Positions 1-13,100 of a DNA stretch of 64,000 nt are shown one piece after another. The DNA lies in the NCBI GenBank assembly GCA_020137815.1, contig CM035352.1, forward strand, positions 8,990,001 through 9,054,000, written 5' to 3'. Each line of letters begins with the position of its first letter. The stretch's first letter is position 1. The notes beneath the pieces were generated by a model. It was not told the origin of the DNA. It worked only from the letters and a program-made list of their open reading frames with translations, and did not search any database. The DNA is from Hormiphora californensis (Eukaryota; Animalia; Ctenophora). Both the position numbers and the translations under genes were made by a program.

Positions 1-1120
1 AAAAGGGTATTCTAAGGAGCCAGCTGCTGGGAGTGGCATCACTCAGAACAATAGTCAAGACATTGAGCCACAATACATCCCTTCAAAAGGGTATTCAGGG
101 GAGCCAGCTGCTGGGAGTGGCATCACTCAGAACAATAGTCAAGACATTGAGCCACAATACATCCCTTCAAAAGGGTATTCAGGGGAGCCAGCTGCTGGGA
201 GCGGCATCACTCAGAACAATATTCAAGACATTGAGCCACAATACATCCCTTCAAAAGGGTATTCTAAGGAGCCAGCTGATGGGAGTGGCATCACTCAGAA
301 CAATAGTCAAGACATTGAGCCACAATACATCCCTTCAAAAGGGTATTCTAAGGAGCCAGCTGCTGGGAGTGGCATCACTCAGAACAATAGTCAAGACATT
401 GAGCCACAATACATCCCTTCAAAAGGGTATTCTAAGGAGCCAACTGCTGGGAGCGGCATCACTCAGAACAATAGTCAAGACATTGAGCCACAATACATCC
501 CTTCAAAAGGGTATTCAGGGGAGCCAGCTGCTGGGAGTGGCATCACTCAGAACAATAGTCAAGACATTGAGCCACAATACATCCCTTCAAAAGGGTAAGG
601 AGCCAGCTGCTGGGAGTGGCATCACTCAGAACAATAGTCAAGACATTGAGCCACAATACATCCCTTCAAAAGGGTATTCTAAGGAGCCAGCTGCTGGGAG
701 TGGCATCACTCAGAACAATAGTCAAGACATTGAGCCACAATACATCCCTTCAAAAGGGTATTCAGGGGAGCCAGCTGCTGGGAGTGGCATCACTCAGAAC
801 AATAGTCAAGACATTGAGCCACAATACATCCCTTCAAAAGGGTATTCAGGGGAGCCAGCTGCTGGGAGCGGCATCACTCAGAACAATATTCAAGACATTG
901 AGCCACAATACATCCCTTCAAAAGGGTATTCTAAGGGGCCAACTGCTGGGAGTGGCATCACTCAGAACAATAGTCAAGACATTGAGCCACAATACATCCC
1001 TTCAAAAGGGTATTCAGGGGAGCCAGCTGCTGGGAGTGGCATCACTCAGAACAATAGTCAAGACATTGAGCCACAATACATCCCTTCAAAAGGGTATTCT
1101 AATGAGCCAGCTGCTGGGAG
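1..1120. repeat. 84-bp tandem array (about 13 copies in window, runs off the left edge)
   Basis: Unit AAAAGGGTATTCTAAGGAGCCAGCTGCTGGGAGTGGCATCACTCAGAACAATAGTCAAGACATTGAGCCACAATACATCCCTTC recurs every 84 bp. One copy near 596 has a 5-bp deletion. Confidence 0.97.
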
Positions 1121-1650
1121 TCGCAACCAGACCAGAATGAGTGTGCGGACCCTGAGATTACAGAAGCAATGGTGACGAATGAGATGGGGGCATTCGAGAC
1201 TGCAGATGGTTTGGTGTTCTTTAGAAATAGAAACAGAAGTGCTGGCGATGATGTCGGATCTCAAAGTGGGGAAAATCACTGTTACCCGCCCGGACAGTAA
1301 ACCCGCAGAAGAGCTGGTTACACGTCAACCAGAGACTAAACGAGCTGAAACGGAGTGCAGAAGCAGAGGCTATGGTAGAAGAGGAAAAGCCTGTCCGCGA
1401 AGCCTACCAGGAATTCGTGAAAGCCACAGTCTACTTGTGGAACCTACGGAGCCCGATAGAGATCAGCTAAATTTTAAATTCTTTTCAACCTATTTCTTGT
1501 TTCCATCTTGTTTACCAGACAGAGTTCTAAGGGAAAATTCGGTTTCACCTCATTTTTTCTTTGTGGAGGGAATTGTTGTATAGTCACAGTTGTCGTTCTG
1601 TCTGTGGTTGTCCTCTCACTCTCACGGTAGTAGTCATGGTAGTGCTCAGT

Positions 1651-4600
1651 ATAGAGATTACATAGTTAAGGGGAAGAACACCACCGTTGCCTTGGTTGTC
1701 ATGGTAACGAGAAGGTGTCTAATTGATAATGAGGTGTGATAATCACCCCCGTGGTGTTCTTCCGTAACATTTCCATACATTCCCATGATCTAATAAAGGA
1801 CCCCTCTGTTACACACTCGCATTGATATGGCTTCATTGATAATGAGGTGTGATAATCACCCCCGTGGTGTTCTTCCGTAACATTTCCATACATTCCCATG
1901 AACTTATAAAGGACCCCCTTACATTACACACTCGCATTGATATGGCTTCATCTAGAGATCCTGTGATTGGTTAGAATGGTGTCATATGACCTTCCATGTG
2001 ACCCATTTTCATCCAATAGAATAGCTGGTTTTGTATGTACCCATAATCTGACAAGATCCCCCTGAAAGTAGTACACGGAGTAGCAGCAGCAGCACACCGT
2101 GTACTAATAAAATACAAATTCTTAATATTTTTTCCCTGCCCGGGTGGATGCCCGAAGGGCATCTACCCGGATGATCGTTTTAGCACGTGTGCTAAAAAGA
2201 TCATAAAGGGTTTAGAAATCTCGGATTTGAAATAGTAACTCGAGCGTGGTCAAAATCGCGTGTGTCACGGTAGCAGCATAGTAACTGCTCCTTCATAAAA
2301 TCAAATAACTGTTTTGATGAAATATGATGTCAGGACGCTTATTTTTCAAAGCTGTGTGCGGCGCTCACAACACTGTTGCTGAAGGGGTGAGGGTAGAGCA
2401 GTAACACTGTGTAACTGCATACATACAGGACGCATACATCTCACATTACGACCAAATCTTTATTGTGATAGTGTGATACTGATCCTGTCGACGGAGGGCA
2501 GGGAAACACCGCATTATGAATACATAATGCAATAATTCTTGTTTAGAATACAATTTAAAATTACACAAAATACAATATTGTATAATAATCACTGATTTAA
2601 AATAACAATTAAGTATTATTCATATTCAAACGTCTGTATCGTCTTTATGCATTTCCTGTGGTGGGTCTGGGATCTGAAGTTTAGCTTTTTGGAGATTCAC
2701 CAAGCAGAAGGCCACCTTTAGTTAGGGGCGGGGGGCTTGTGAATTGGAAAAAAATCGAACCAGCCAATTTCTTCACCAATGTATCCCAAATGGTCCCCAG
2801 AAACACCAAAAAGTTTTGTCCGGCTCGGGATGAAGGGCAGAGGGTCCATTTCCGGGTTTATATGCATGTGCGTCAAGTACTGTGAGGGGGGACACAAAAA
2901 TCGGAAAAATTGGAGTTTTGGACCCGGAAAAGGGTCTACCCCGACCGGAAACACCGTGTTAGTGGGGGTAAAGCATGTCAAATTTATGATTAAACCATTT
3001 GCTAATGAGATAATTACATAATTAGTCGACTAATTATCGAAAAATTGTAAACATTGGAGTTTTTGACCCAGAAAAAGACATATTCCGACCGGAATCATCG
3101 TGTTAGTGGGGGTAGAGCAGGTCAAAATTACCCTCAACCCATTTTATAATGAGATAATTGCATAATTAGTAGACCAATTATCGACAAACTTCAAAATAAG
3201 AGTTTTGGAACCGGAAAATGGCCGTGCTAATACCCATCCGATCCTACCTGATACCCATCAGACCGTGCTATATACCCCTCTAATCCTACTAAAAACTCCT
3301 CTAACCCTACTAGGTAGCCCTCTGACCCTACTCGATACCCCTCAGACCCTCCCAGATACCTCTACCTGATAACCCCTCTATATGTACCTGATAACCCTTA
3401 GACCATGCCAGACACCCCTCAAACCCCATTAGATACCACTCTGATCCTACCTGATACCCCTCTGACCCTCCCAAATAACCCTTAGACCATACAAGATACC
3501 CTAAGGCCCTCCCTGGTACCCCTCTGACCCAACCTGATAACCCTCAGACCGTGCTAGATACCTCTCAAACCCCATTAGATACCCCTTTGATCCTACTAGA
3601 TATCCCTTTGATCCTACCTAATACCCGTCTGACCCTACTAGATACCCTAAGACCGTCCCAGATACCCCTTTGGTCCTCCCAGATAACTTTTAGACCATGC
3701 TAGATACCCCTAAAACCCAATGTGATACCCTTTTGACTCTACTTGATACCCCTCTGACCCTACCTGATACCCCTCTGACTCTACTAGATACTCTAGCACC
3801 CTGAAGGTATCTGGCTAGGTAGGGCCAGAGTGATATCTAGGGCCAGAGTGGTATCTAGGGACAGAGTGGTATCTAGGGACAGAGTGGTATCTAGGGACAG
3901 AGTGGTATCTAGGGCCAGAGTGATATCTAGGGCCAGAGTGGTATCTAGGGACAGAGTGGTATCTAGGGACAGAGTGGTATCTAGGGCCAGAGTGGTATCT
4001 AGGGACAGAGTGGTATCTAGGGACAGATGGATATACCAGAGGGGTATCTAATGGGGGATCTAATGGGGTTTGCGAGGTATCTAGCACGGTCTGAGGGTTA
4101 TCAGGTTGGGTCAGAGGGGTACTAGGGAGGGCCTTAGGTTATCTCGCATGGTCTAAGGGTTATCTGGGAGGGTCAGAAGGGTATCAGGTAGGATCAGAGG
4201 GGTATCAAATGGGGTTTGAGGGGTGTCTAGCATGGTCTAAGGGTTTTCAGGTAGGGTAAGAGAGGTATCTGGGAGGGTCTTAGGGTATCTAGTAGAGTCA
4301 GAGGGGTATCAGAGAGGTCCATAGGGTATCTAGTATTGGTATAGAATTTGTATTTTATTAGTACACGGTGTGCTGCTGCTGCTACTCCGTGTACTACTTT
4401 CAGGGGGATCTTGTCAGATTATGGGTACATACAAAACCAGCTATTCTATTGGATGAAAATGGGTCACATGGAAGGTCATATGACACCATTCTAACCAATC
4501 ACAGGATCTCTAGATGAAGCCATATCAATGCGAGTGTGTAATGTAAGGGGGTCCTTTATAAGATCATGGGAATGTATGGAAATGTTACGGAAGAACACCA

Positions 4601-4814
4601 CGGGGGTGATTATCACACCTCATTATCAATGAAGCCATATCAATGCGAGTGTGTAACAGAGGGGTCCTTTATTAGATCATGGGAATGTATGGAAATGTTA
4701 CGGAAGAACACCACGGGGGTGATTATCACACCTCATTATCAATTAGACACCTTCTCGTTACCATGACAACCAAGGCAACGGTGGTGTTCTTCCCCTTAAC
4801 TATGTAATCTCTAT
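1651..4814. mobile_element. Foldback-type element with about 470-bp terminal inverted repeats
   Basis: 1651-2121 is the reverse complement of about 4343-4814, and the ORF track shows the identical 66-aa ORF on opposite strands. The interior has degenerate ~20-bp repeats, themselves partly inverted (3230-3800 vs 3820-4330). No clear TSD. Confidence 0.75.
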
Positions 4815-4943
4815 GTAATGTAATCTCTATGTTGCCGGGCCTAAACCTCTATAATTAAACACTACGGACTATTATATGACCAGTGAAGACCAGGTTCTTT
4901 ACAAGTTGTAGTGTTCCTCTATATAACACTACGGACTATTATA

Positions 4944-6547
4944 TGGTCATGTTTTTTTTTTCATTGCACGTTTGACCAAAAATTTTCAGAAGAGAATTGC
5001 AGAGCAACCACACGGCTTGGATGGTTACTCATATTTGCAAAAAGTGCATAATACTTTGAATTTTACTTTAGTGAAAACACGGTTACTCTTATTCAACGGC
5101 TCTCAGAGATACATGCTAAAACATCAGTGCGGTTTAAAATTGCGGCACAGGGCTCTCATGTTGCGCTAGTTATGATTAAAGTGAGAGTGGACCGAATCAG
5201 AATTGGACAAGTTTGTTGTAGGTAGTAGAGATTAGCTTTCTGAGCATTTTGCATTTTTGCCGCTCAAAATCGACCCACCCATCACTGAGATATTATTGTT
5301 ATGTTGGGAGAATTTCTGCTGGATCAATATTTATCAAACAGGATAGAAACAATCCTTGTGTTTTACTAACACATTCTTTAAATTTTTAATATGCTGGCTT
5401 GCATTGCCCTGCTTCTGTACATGGACATGACAACCTCACTGCTTATATTCAGAATGTGTTAGTAAAACACCACGATTGTTTCTTTTCTGTTTTATACATA
5501 CTGATTAAACAGGAGTTCTCCCAACATAACAAAAATATCTCAGTGATGGGTGGGTCGATTTTGAGCGGCAAAAACGCAAAATGCTCAGAAAGCTTATCTC
5601 TACTACCTACAACAAACTTGTCCAATTCTGATTCGGTCCACTCTCACTTTAAACTTTTGAAATTTCAGGAATCATAGTAAATAATTTTTGGTAAAAGGAT
5701 AGGCTAGGTTTCGGGGGGAAATTTACTCATATTGTGCGGCACACGGCTATTTTCTACCGTAAATCTTACTCCTAAGGTGTACAAGGAGTAAATCAATGTT
5801 TGAGTTTTTGCACATATCTCCTTTGAACAATTATGAGTATGATAAGGCGATAACCGGTACTCTCAGTTACTCATATTGTGCGGCACGAGACCTGAAAACA
5901 AGGTTGATTTTAGCCAACAGTCAATAGAGCCGCAATTTTTGAGTAAACAGATTAAAAACATGGTAGATACAGTAGTCATTGGTCATATGAACTGTATCCA
6001 ACCACTTTGAGATCTGTTTACTCATTTAGTGCGGTGCTACAGCAGGTTAAAGATGAATTCTATTTTTAGCCGCACCGCACAATTTGAGTAAAATTTGGTA
6101 TTTTTCTTTAGCTGAGGTGGTTGTTTATTATATTTGCAACAGTTTAGTATCATTTTACTCATAAATCGGTACCAAAGAAGGGTGTTAAATGCAGTTTTAA
6201 AAATTCAATCAATTCAACCACCTTTTACACCGCACAATATGAGTAATTCGCTTACTCCTAGCTATGGATAAGAAATATGTACCATTTTTCTGTAATTTAC
6301 GCAAAAAATTGTGACGATATTGTTTAAACTGTTTGATTGGTGCCAGCTTTAGCAAAGTTGGTTCTCAGTGCCGCAATTTATGAGTAAATTCAATTTTAAG
6401 TACATAAAAGTGATCAAAAGACACTTTTGCTATTAGGGTTGGAATATCAACAGATTTTTACTAAATTAAGTGCCGCATTTTTGAGTAAATGTAACATTTG
6501 CTCATTTTTGAAAAATTTTTACGTGCAATGAAAAAAAAACATGACCA
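4944..6547. mobile_element. Non-autonomous DNA transposon with TA target-site duplication
   Basis: TIR TGGTCATGTTTTTTTTT(T)CATTGCACGT at both ends. The uninterrupted target ACTATTATATGACCAGTG is visible at about 4868, so the insertion is at TA. Confidence 0.8.
5177..5652. mobile_element. Nested MITE with TTAA-flanked AG...CT termini (Kolobok-like)
   Basis: TTAA|AGTGAGAGTGGACCGAATCAG... and ...CTGATTCGGTCCACTCTCACT|TTAA, with about 200-bp imperfect inverted arms. Confidence 0.65.
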
Positions 6548-9500
6548 TATGACCAGTGAAGACCAGGTTCTTTAAAAGTTATAGTGTTCCGATTCCCGAT
6601 TCCTGCCTATGAGCGTTTTATTTTATATTATAATATGTTCTACCAGGTGGCCCAGTGAAGATAAGTTGTAGTGTCCTAATTCCTAAAGCAACAGGAAGAA
6701 AAAGAGATGGAAGAAGAATCAAATCAATCGGAATATCTACATCTTGTAAATGCAACAGTGGTTGCCAGCGAAATAATTGTACCTGTCTGTCCCATGAATG
6801 ACAATGCTCTTCTCGATATGCGTGTAAGGGAAATTGTGTTGGAAATCCGAAGACAAAGGTTTGTTTCCCAAACCTCTAACATGGTTCATGCAATTCCCTA
6901 CCTCTAACATCAGTTAGGGTCAGTGCACAGAGTCAACTTGGAGTGTGTTGAGTCTCATTGGTGTGGGGACAAATAGTTGAAATACTAACATCGCGTTTAG
7001 CTATAATAGTTTCTTTACACAATTTAACCTTCAGAGAGTTTTCATTTAAGGCAACAATAGGAATGAACACACTAAGCAGAAGTCGTTCTTGCAGAGGTCA
7101 GAGAAGTAAATAGAAGGCGGCAGAACTTCTTGCAGAAGGCATTATCCAGTATTGTATACCAATCACGGATCAACATCTTACAATGCTGTAGCGAAGGTAA
7201 ATTCCTCGAATAATATCAAAAATATAACAATACGTAATCGGAACTTTGTAAAACGTCTGCATTATACACTTTAGTACATTTATCATATTGATATCCTTAT
7301 GCCGAGAGCACGGTACGAAACACCTCGTAGATTCACAGAGACAGGTGGTGAACTATCGATGAACCAATGCAATGAAGAAAGGGACTACCGATTGTGTTCA
7401 CGAGTGTTGGCTTTGACACCTTTCGAGCGAATGCAGGTGAACGATGATTCAAATCAAGATCGAATAATTGTTCAACAAACCGGGTGAATGGGTGCAGGAC
7501 ATGAAAAATAAAGTACTCAGCATATGCTCAAATATTGAGAGAGGATTGAACCATATTTTTTATGGTTTCATTCTGTATTGTATTGTTTGGGCAGTTTCTG
7601 GACGAAGATACTAGGAACTGACCAGAACTGTATCCCGGAACTGTATCCCAGAACTGTATTGACCAAAATGAGTGTGCGGACCCTGAGATAGCAGCACAGT
7701 GTGATCAACAATGTGTGTCAACACTGCTGCTGCAGGTATGATACAATCTTTGGATTTTATTAACAATATATAGACAACGATATAGTGGTACATACACTCC
7801 GAGAGTGGTGTATGCACACAGAACGAAGATCAGGAGGATCATAGAAGAAAGTTGGGGATCAATTTTCATTTGAAGTTGATTGTTCATGTTTACATTGAAA
7901 CCAAGGCACGACTCGATGAGCTCAGCGAACGGCTAAATAGGAAAATCGGCCCAATAGTATTTTTCAGACCGCCTATAGATCTTCCTAACGAAGGAAAGAG
8001 AGGGAGACACCATGCGATTTTCATTTGAAGTTGATTGTTCCAGTTTACATAGGATCTCAATAGAGGAGAAGATCAATGCTCGCCGTACAAAACATGTACA
8101 AGGAAAACACAGGGCTGTAGAGGAAGCTATCGCGTCCCTTTAAATGGACGAGCCCCCGTAGTGCTGTACTTTGATGGGAAGCGAGTACAGAAACTAATAG
8201 ACAACCACCTGGAGGAAGAAGAGCAGGTGACTATCCAGGCATATGGGGATTTGGCTGGATATAAGAACTGTACCAATGCTTTACCTCAAGAGTGTTTCAG
8301 TAAGTTTATCATTTTAGTTTAAACTAAAATGATAAACTTAGTAAGTAAATATTTAATGTTCTATGAAAAATATTTGAAATACTAGCATCGCGTTTAGTTA
8401 TAATAGTTTCTTTACACAATTTTACCTTCAGAGAGTTTCCATTTAAAAGGCAACAATAGGAATAAACACACAAAGCAAAAGTCGGTCTTGTTCTACTAGG
8501 TGGCCCAGGCGTCCTAAAGCTACAGGAAGCTACAGGAAGCTACAGGAAGCAACAGGAAGAAAAAGAGATGGAAGACAGAAGAATCAAATCAATCGGAATA
8601 TCTACATCTTGTAAATGCAACAGTGGTTGCCAGCGAAACAATTGTACCTTGTTTCACTTGTCACAATAGTACCTGTCTTTCCCGTGAACGACAATGCTCT
8701 GCTCGATGTGCGTGTAAGGGAAATTGTGTTGGAAATCCGAAGACAAAGGTTTGTTTCCCAAACCTCTAACATGGTTCATGTAATTCCCTACCTCTAACAG
8801 GGGTGTGGCGAGGAGATTGCATGGGACAGAAGTGGTACTAGATCTTTATATATTAAAAAACGGAATAATTAATACGTTATTTTAAACATTGTAGAGCTTT
8901 ATTTTGATTTTATATTATAATGAAACATTGTTTGACCACGTTTGACTATAATTTATTGTACTATTCCTAATTACCAGCAATAGGAGTAGCTGCATATCTC
9001 GGGATATGGGGGTCCTTGTGGGGACAGCCACCCCACGGCACGAGCAGTTCTAGAGGACTTGTGCAGACTTGTGGGGACTGCCACCCCACGGCACGAGCAG
9101 TTTTAAAGGACTTGTGTAGCGTCAATTGGACAATCTATTCTGGATTATAACAGTCGTTATAGCAGTTCTATAAATCAGTCCATCATATCACGGGATATAA
9201 TGGGGATCCTTGTGGGGACCAATCACCTTGTCAGTCGTCTCATGGTCTTCTGGAAATATGTATCTTACTGACAGCTGTTTCGGCACCGTTTACCCTGTGT
9301 TACACCTATAAACTGCTGAAGTGAATACCATATCGGCCTACCTGCTGGAGGACACGGCAGTAATTGACATGGATGCAGCTGACGCAGAGGAGCGAGGCTT
9401 CACCAACTTCAAAAATCAACTGTAGAGTGGGAGTATAACATGCCATCTCATTTTAAAGACTGTCATCCTAATGGATTGCAACATCTACTTACAATCAGCG

Positions 9501-10119
9501 CCTCGTACCAAAGGTGAAGGACCCATGGTCATCACCCAAGAAGAGACCCTCCGGCGTCCGATCTCTTTCCATGATGATCGAAGTACATGCACAACATGTG
9601 AAGGAGCTGTCTCAAGCTGATACTTGTGATAAGTACAGGGAGAGATCCAACACCGCCTATAATACAGCAAAGAAGAAGAAGTTTAGTAGTTAAATTATAC
9701 TGCTTAGGTTAGGAAGGCTAGGTCAGGGTAGGCTAGGGCTCAATGCGGCTGCAATACACTACACTGGAGGACCGATTAATAATACGCGACAGATGAACTA
9801 ATTGTAGTCCAAATGTAGACAATATAATACTTGGTTGATTATTGATTAATTGTAATACTTGCAGTTTGAGCTCAGAATAAATGCTGTTGAATAAATGCTG
9901 TTGAGTTTGGATAACCACTGTGCTGGCAAGCGCAAGGGTTGCCCCATTCAGCCCCTCCTCTAGACCCCATTTTAGGTGATGGCAAAGACTATTCAAACGC
10001 AACCAACAGATTCTCAACAGCTGCTTTGCCGCTACGACGGAACACCAAGGACCACCAACAACGCATGAGAGACGGGGCATGAGAGACGGTGTCATCAGCC
10101 CTATCCCAGACAGTTATAT

Positions 10120-13100
10120 AAATAATTTGAATTAAAGATATGAAGGTATGTTTCCAAGCAGCACTAACGCCCCGGGCTACTTGATAATAATGGAACGTCT
10201 CAGCAACCTTCAATATAAGGGGGAGGACCTGTGCGAGCTTTTAAAGTGTCCCGTTTGTATGGTGAGAGACCCCACTTAATGGAGGTGGTATGGATAGGGC
10301 GGTTGCGGTCCTTTGGCAACAGCGAGTTGGCGAGAGCGGAAGGATGAGGATATAACATCTACAGTCGTTCCTGAAAAAAGTTGAAAAGGAAAATGGGTAG
10401 GAGAGCATCATTCTTTGGGCTGATAATTGTACAGCACAAACCTGGACATTGTTCTCCACCTTGACCGACATGATGGAGAAAAGGCTCCGATTCGAAGAAA
10501 TTATCATTGAATATTTTGAGCCCGGACATGAGTTGACACCGACATGTGTCACGTGCACAACACTTTAGCAACTATATAACTAACTGCCTTCAACTCAACT
10601 GTTTCTTCTTCTAGCTATCCCTTCACCATGCCAGTTGTGTCATTCGTGACTTACCTTGTAGAGGAGCATACTCGAACTAAGAGTTACCGGTAAGTCATGT
10701 CTTGAATGTTCTCATCAGCTTTTTCATAGTGAGATTCACAGGTGAAAGTGGATAACACACTCTTGTAATAATAATTTGAATTAAAGATACATAATTGATA
10801 ATTTGAATTAAAGATATTTAATAATTTGAATAAAAGGTATTCCCCCACCATGGCTTTGGAGTGAAATTTTATGAAGATCTTTAGCCAATTTAAAATCAAG
10901 CAGACAGGCCAGGGGATTGGCAATGTGGGAACTGTGGGTTCTACAATTTCGCAAGGAGAGTCAGCTGTTACCAGTGTGTGGTGGTGCGGTACGGCCCCGG
11001 GGGAACAAACATAAATAATTTGAATTAAAGATATTAAAGGTATGTTTCCAAGCAGCACTATAAGTACCGGGCTACATTCTAATAATGGACCATCGCAGCA
11101 ACCTTCAATATAAGGAGGAGGACCTGTGCGAGCTTTTAAAGTGTCCCGTTTGTATGGTGAGAGACCCCACTTAATGGAGGTGGGTTGGATAGGGCGGTTG
11201 CGGTCCTTTGGCAACAGGGAGTTGGCGAGAGTGGAAGGACGAGGATATAACATCTACCTTTTGCAAAAAGGCATAGCTGTTAAGAATTCGAAAATTATAC
11301 ACAGTGTTGCTTGTAGTGGAAATACGATTTCTGAATAATACGGTATTTGACCATTACGGTATTTGACCATTACGGTTTCTGAAATACATATGTATTTGAA
11401 ATACATATATTTCGGTGACGCGTGTTGTCAATCAGGTGCTCTGATTGGTCTCGTCTTACCGTTTTTTCACTGATACCGTGTTGAATCGATACTGTATTCT
11501 CACTACAAGCACCCCTGATACTAGAGAGATGTCACAGCCACAAAAATGACTGTTTTTTATCCCTTTCAGGAAGATTTTCACAGACAACGGCGTCTAATAT
11601 ATGTTTTGACAGATCAATCATCATTGAACCAAACAAAAAGGTTACCTGCGTGGTGAAAAAGGCCAAACCGCCACAGAGATCTAATATTATCCTGGTAAGA
11701 ATCAACTCACCCTAGAACACCTTTCTACTTATTCTAATTGTCGAGTTCACCATACACCTCATTTTGACTGTTTTTGAGTCCTACCCCTTATGAGTTTGGA
11801 TATGGCCATCGTCACACCCCCTATCCGTGACTTGCCAGACCCCGAATTTGACAACTATTTTTTCCCTCAGTGTATAATTTTATCGAAGGAGTGTACTGAG
11901 AGCGGAAGTGATGACGATGAGAGAAGCGACTTGGATGACGAGACTCAAGACCCCGATAGTGAAACTTCACCTACGCGAATGCTAAACGAGTCTACCAGTG
12001 CTGCTAAACGCTGTAACTGTAAGATTGCGATTGAATTAAAGATATTTAATAATTAAAAAGATATTCCCCCTCCCCCACCTGAAAAATTATTCCACCATGG
12101 TTTTGGAGAGTGCTGAGTGGAATTTTATGTAGATTTATCAATTGATTAGAAATTTATGTGATACTAAAATTTGATCATTTGTCTAGATACAGGGAACAAG
12201 GAAATGTATTTATTGGACTGATGAAACAGCCTCAACTTGTCATTAATCACTTGTCATTAATCACCCATGCATTTTACAGCAAACATGACCAAGCAGAGAC
12301 TCCCATTGAAGATTGTACATAAAGGGTACTGATAATAATAATAATCTGAATTAAAGATACTTATTGGACTGATGAAACTTGGTTCAATACTAGAATCATA
12401 TTATACACGGAATTATGGGTGGCGAACCAAGACCCGGCGGGGCAGAAGGAATGGCTGATGTTCCGCACGGGGATGTGATGAACCAGAATGGACTTGTAGA
12501 GGCAACAGGAGATGTGTTCGGTGAGAACGAGGGTGACATATTATATAAATAATTTGAATTAAAGATATGATTTAAAGGTATTTTTCCAAGCAGCACTATA
12601 AGTACCGGGCTACATGCTAATAATGGAACATCTCAGCAACCTTCTATATAAGGAGGAGGACCTGTGCGAGCTTTTAAAGTGTCCCGTTTGTATGGTGAGA
12701 CCCCACTCAATGGAGGTGGTTTGGGCGGTTGCGGTCCTTTGGAATAGGGAGTTGGCAAGCGGAAGGACGAGGATATAACATCCACATACATCAAGTTCCT
12801 AAAAAAAGTTGAAAAGGAAGAAGGAGAGCATCATTCTGTGGGCTGATAATTGCACAGTACAAAACTGGACATTGTTCTCCACTTTGGCCGACATGGTGGC
12901 GGAGAAAAAGCTCCGATTCGAAGAAATTATCATTAAATATTTTGAGCCCGGACATACTTACGAGTCGACACCGACATGAGTCACGTGCACAACACTTTAG
13001 CAACTATATAACTAACCATCTAGCTGCCCTCAACTCAACTTCTCTTAGCTACCTGTCCTTCTCATAGCTACCTGTCCATCTAGCTATTCTAGCCATCCTA

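Noticed and set aside
7900-8300. VLYFDGKR fragment as another transposase
   Set aside because: Too short and disrupted to assign.
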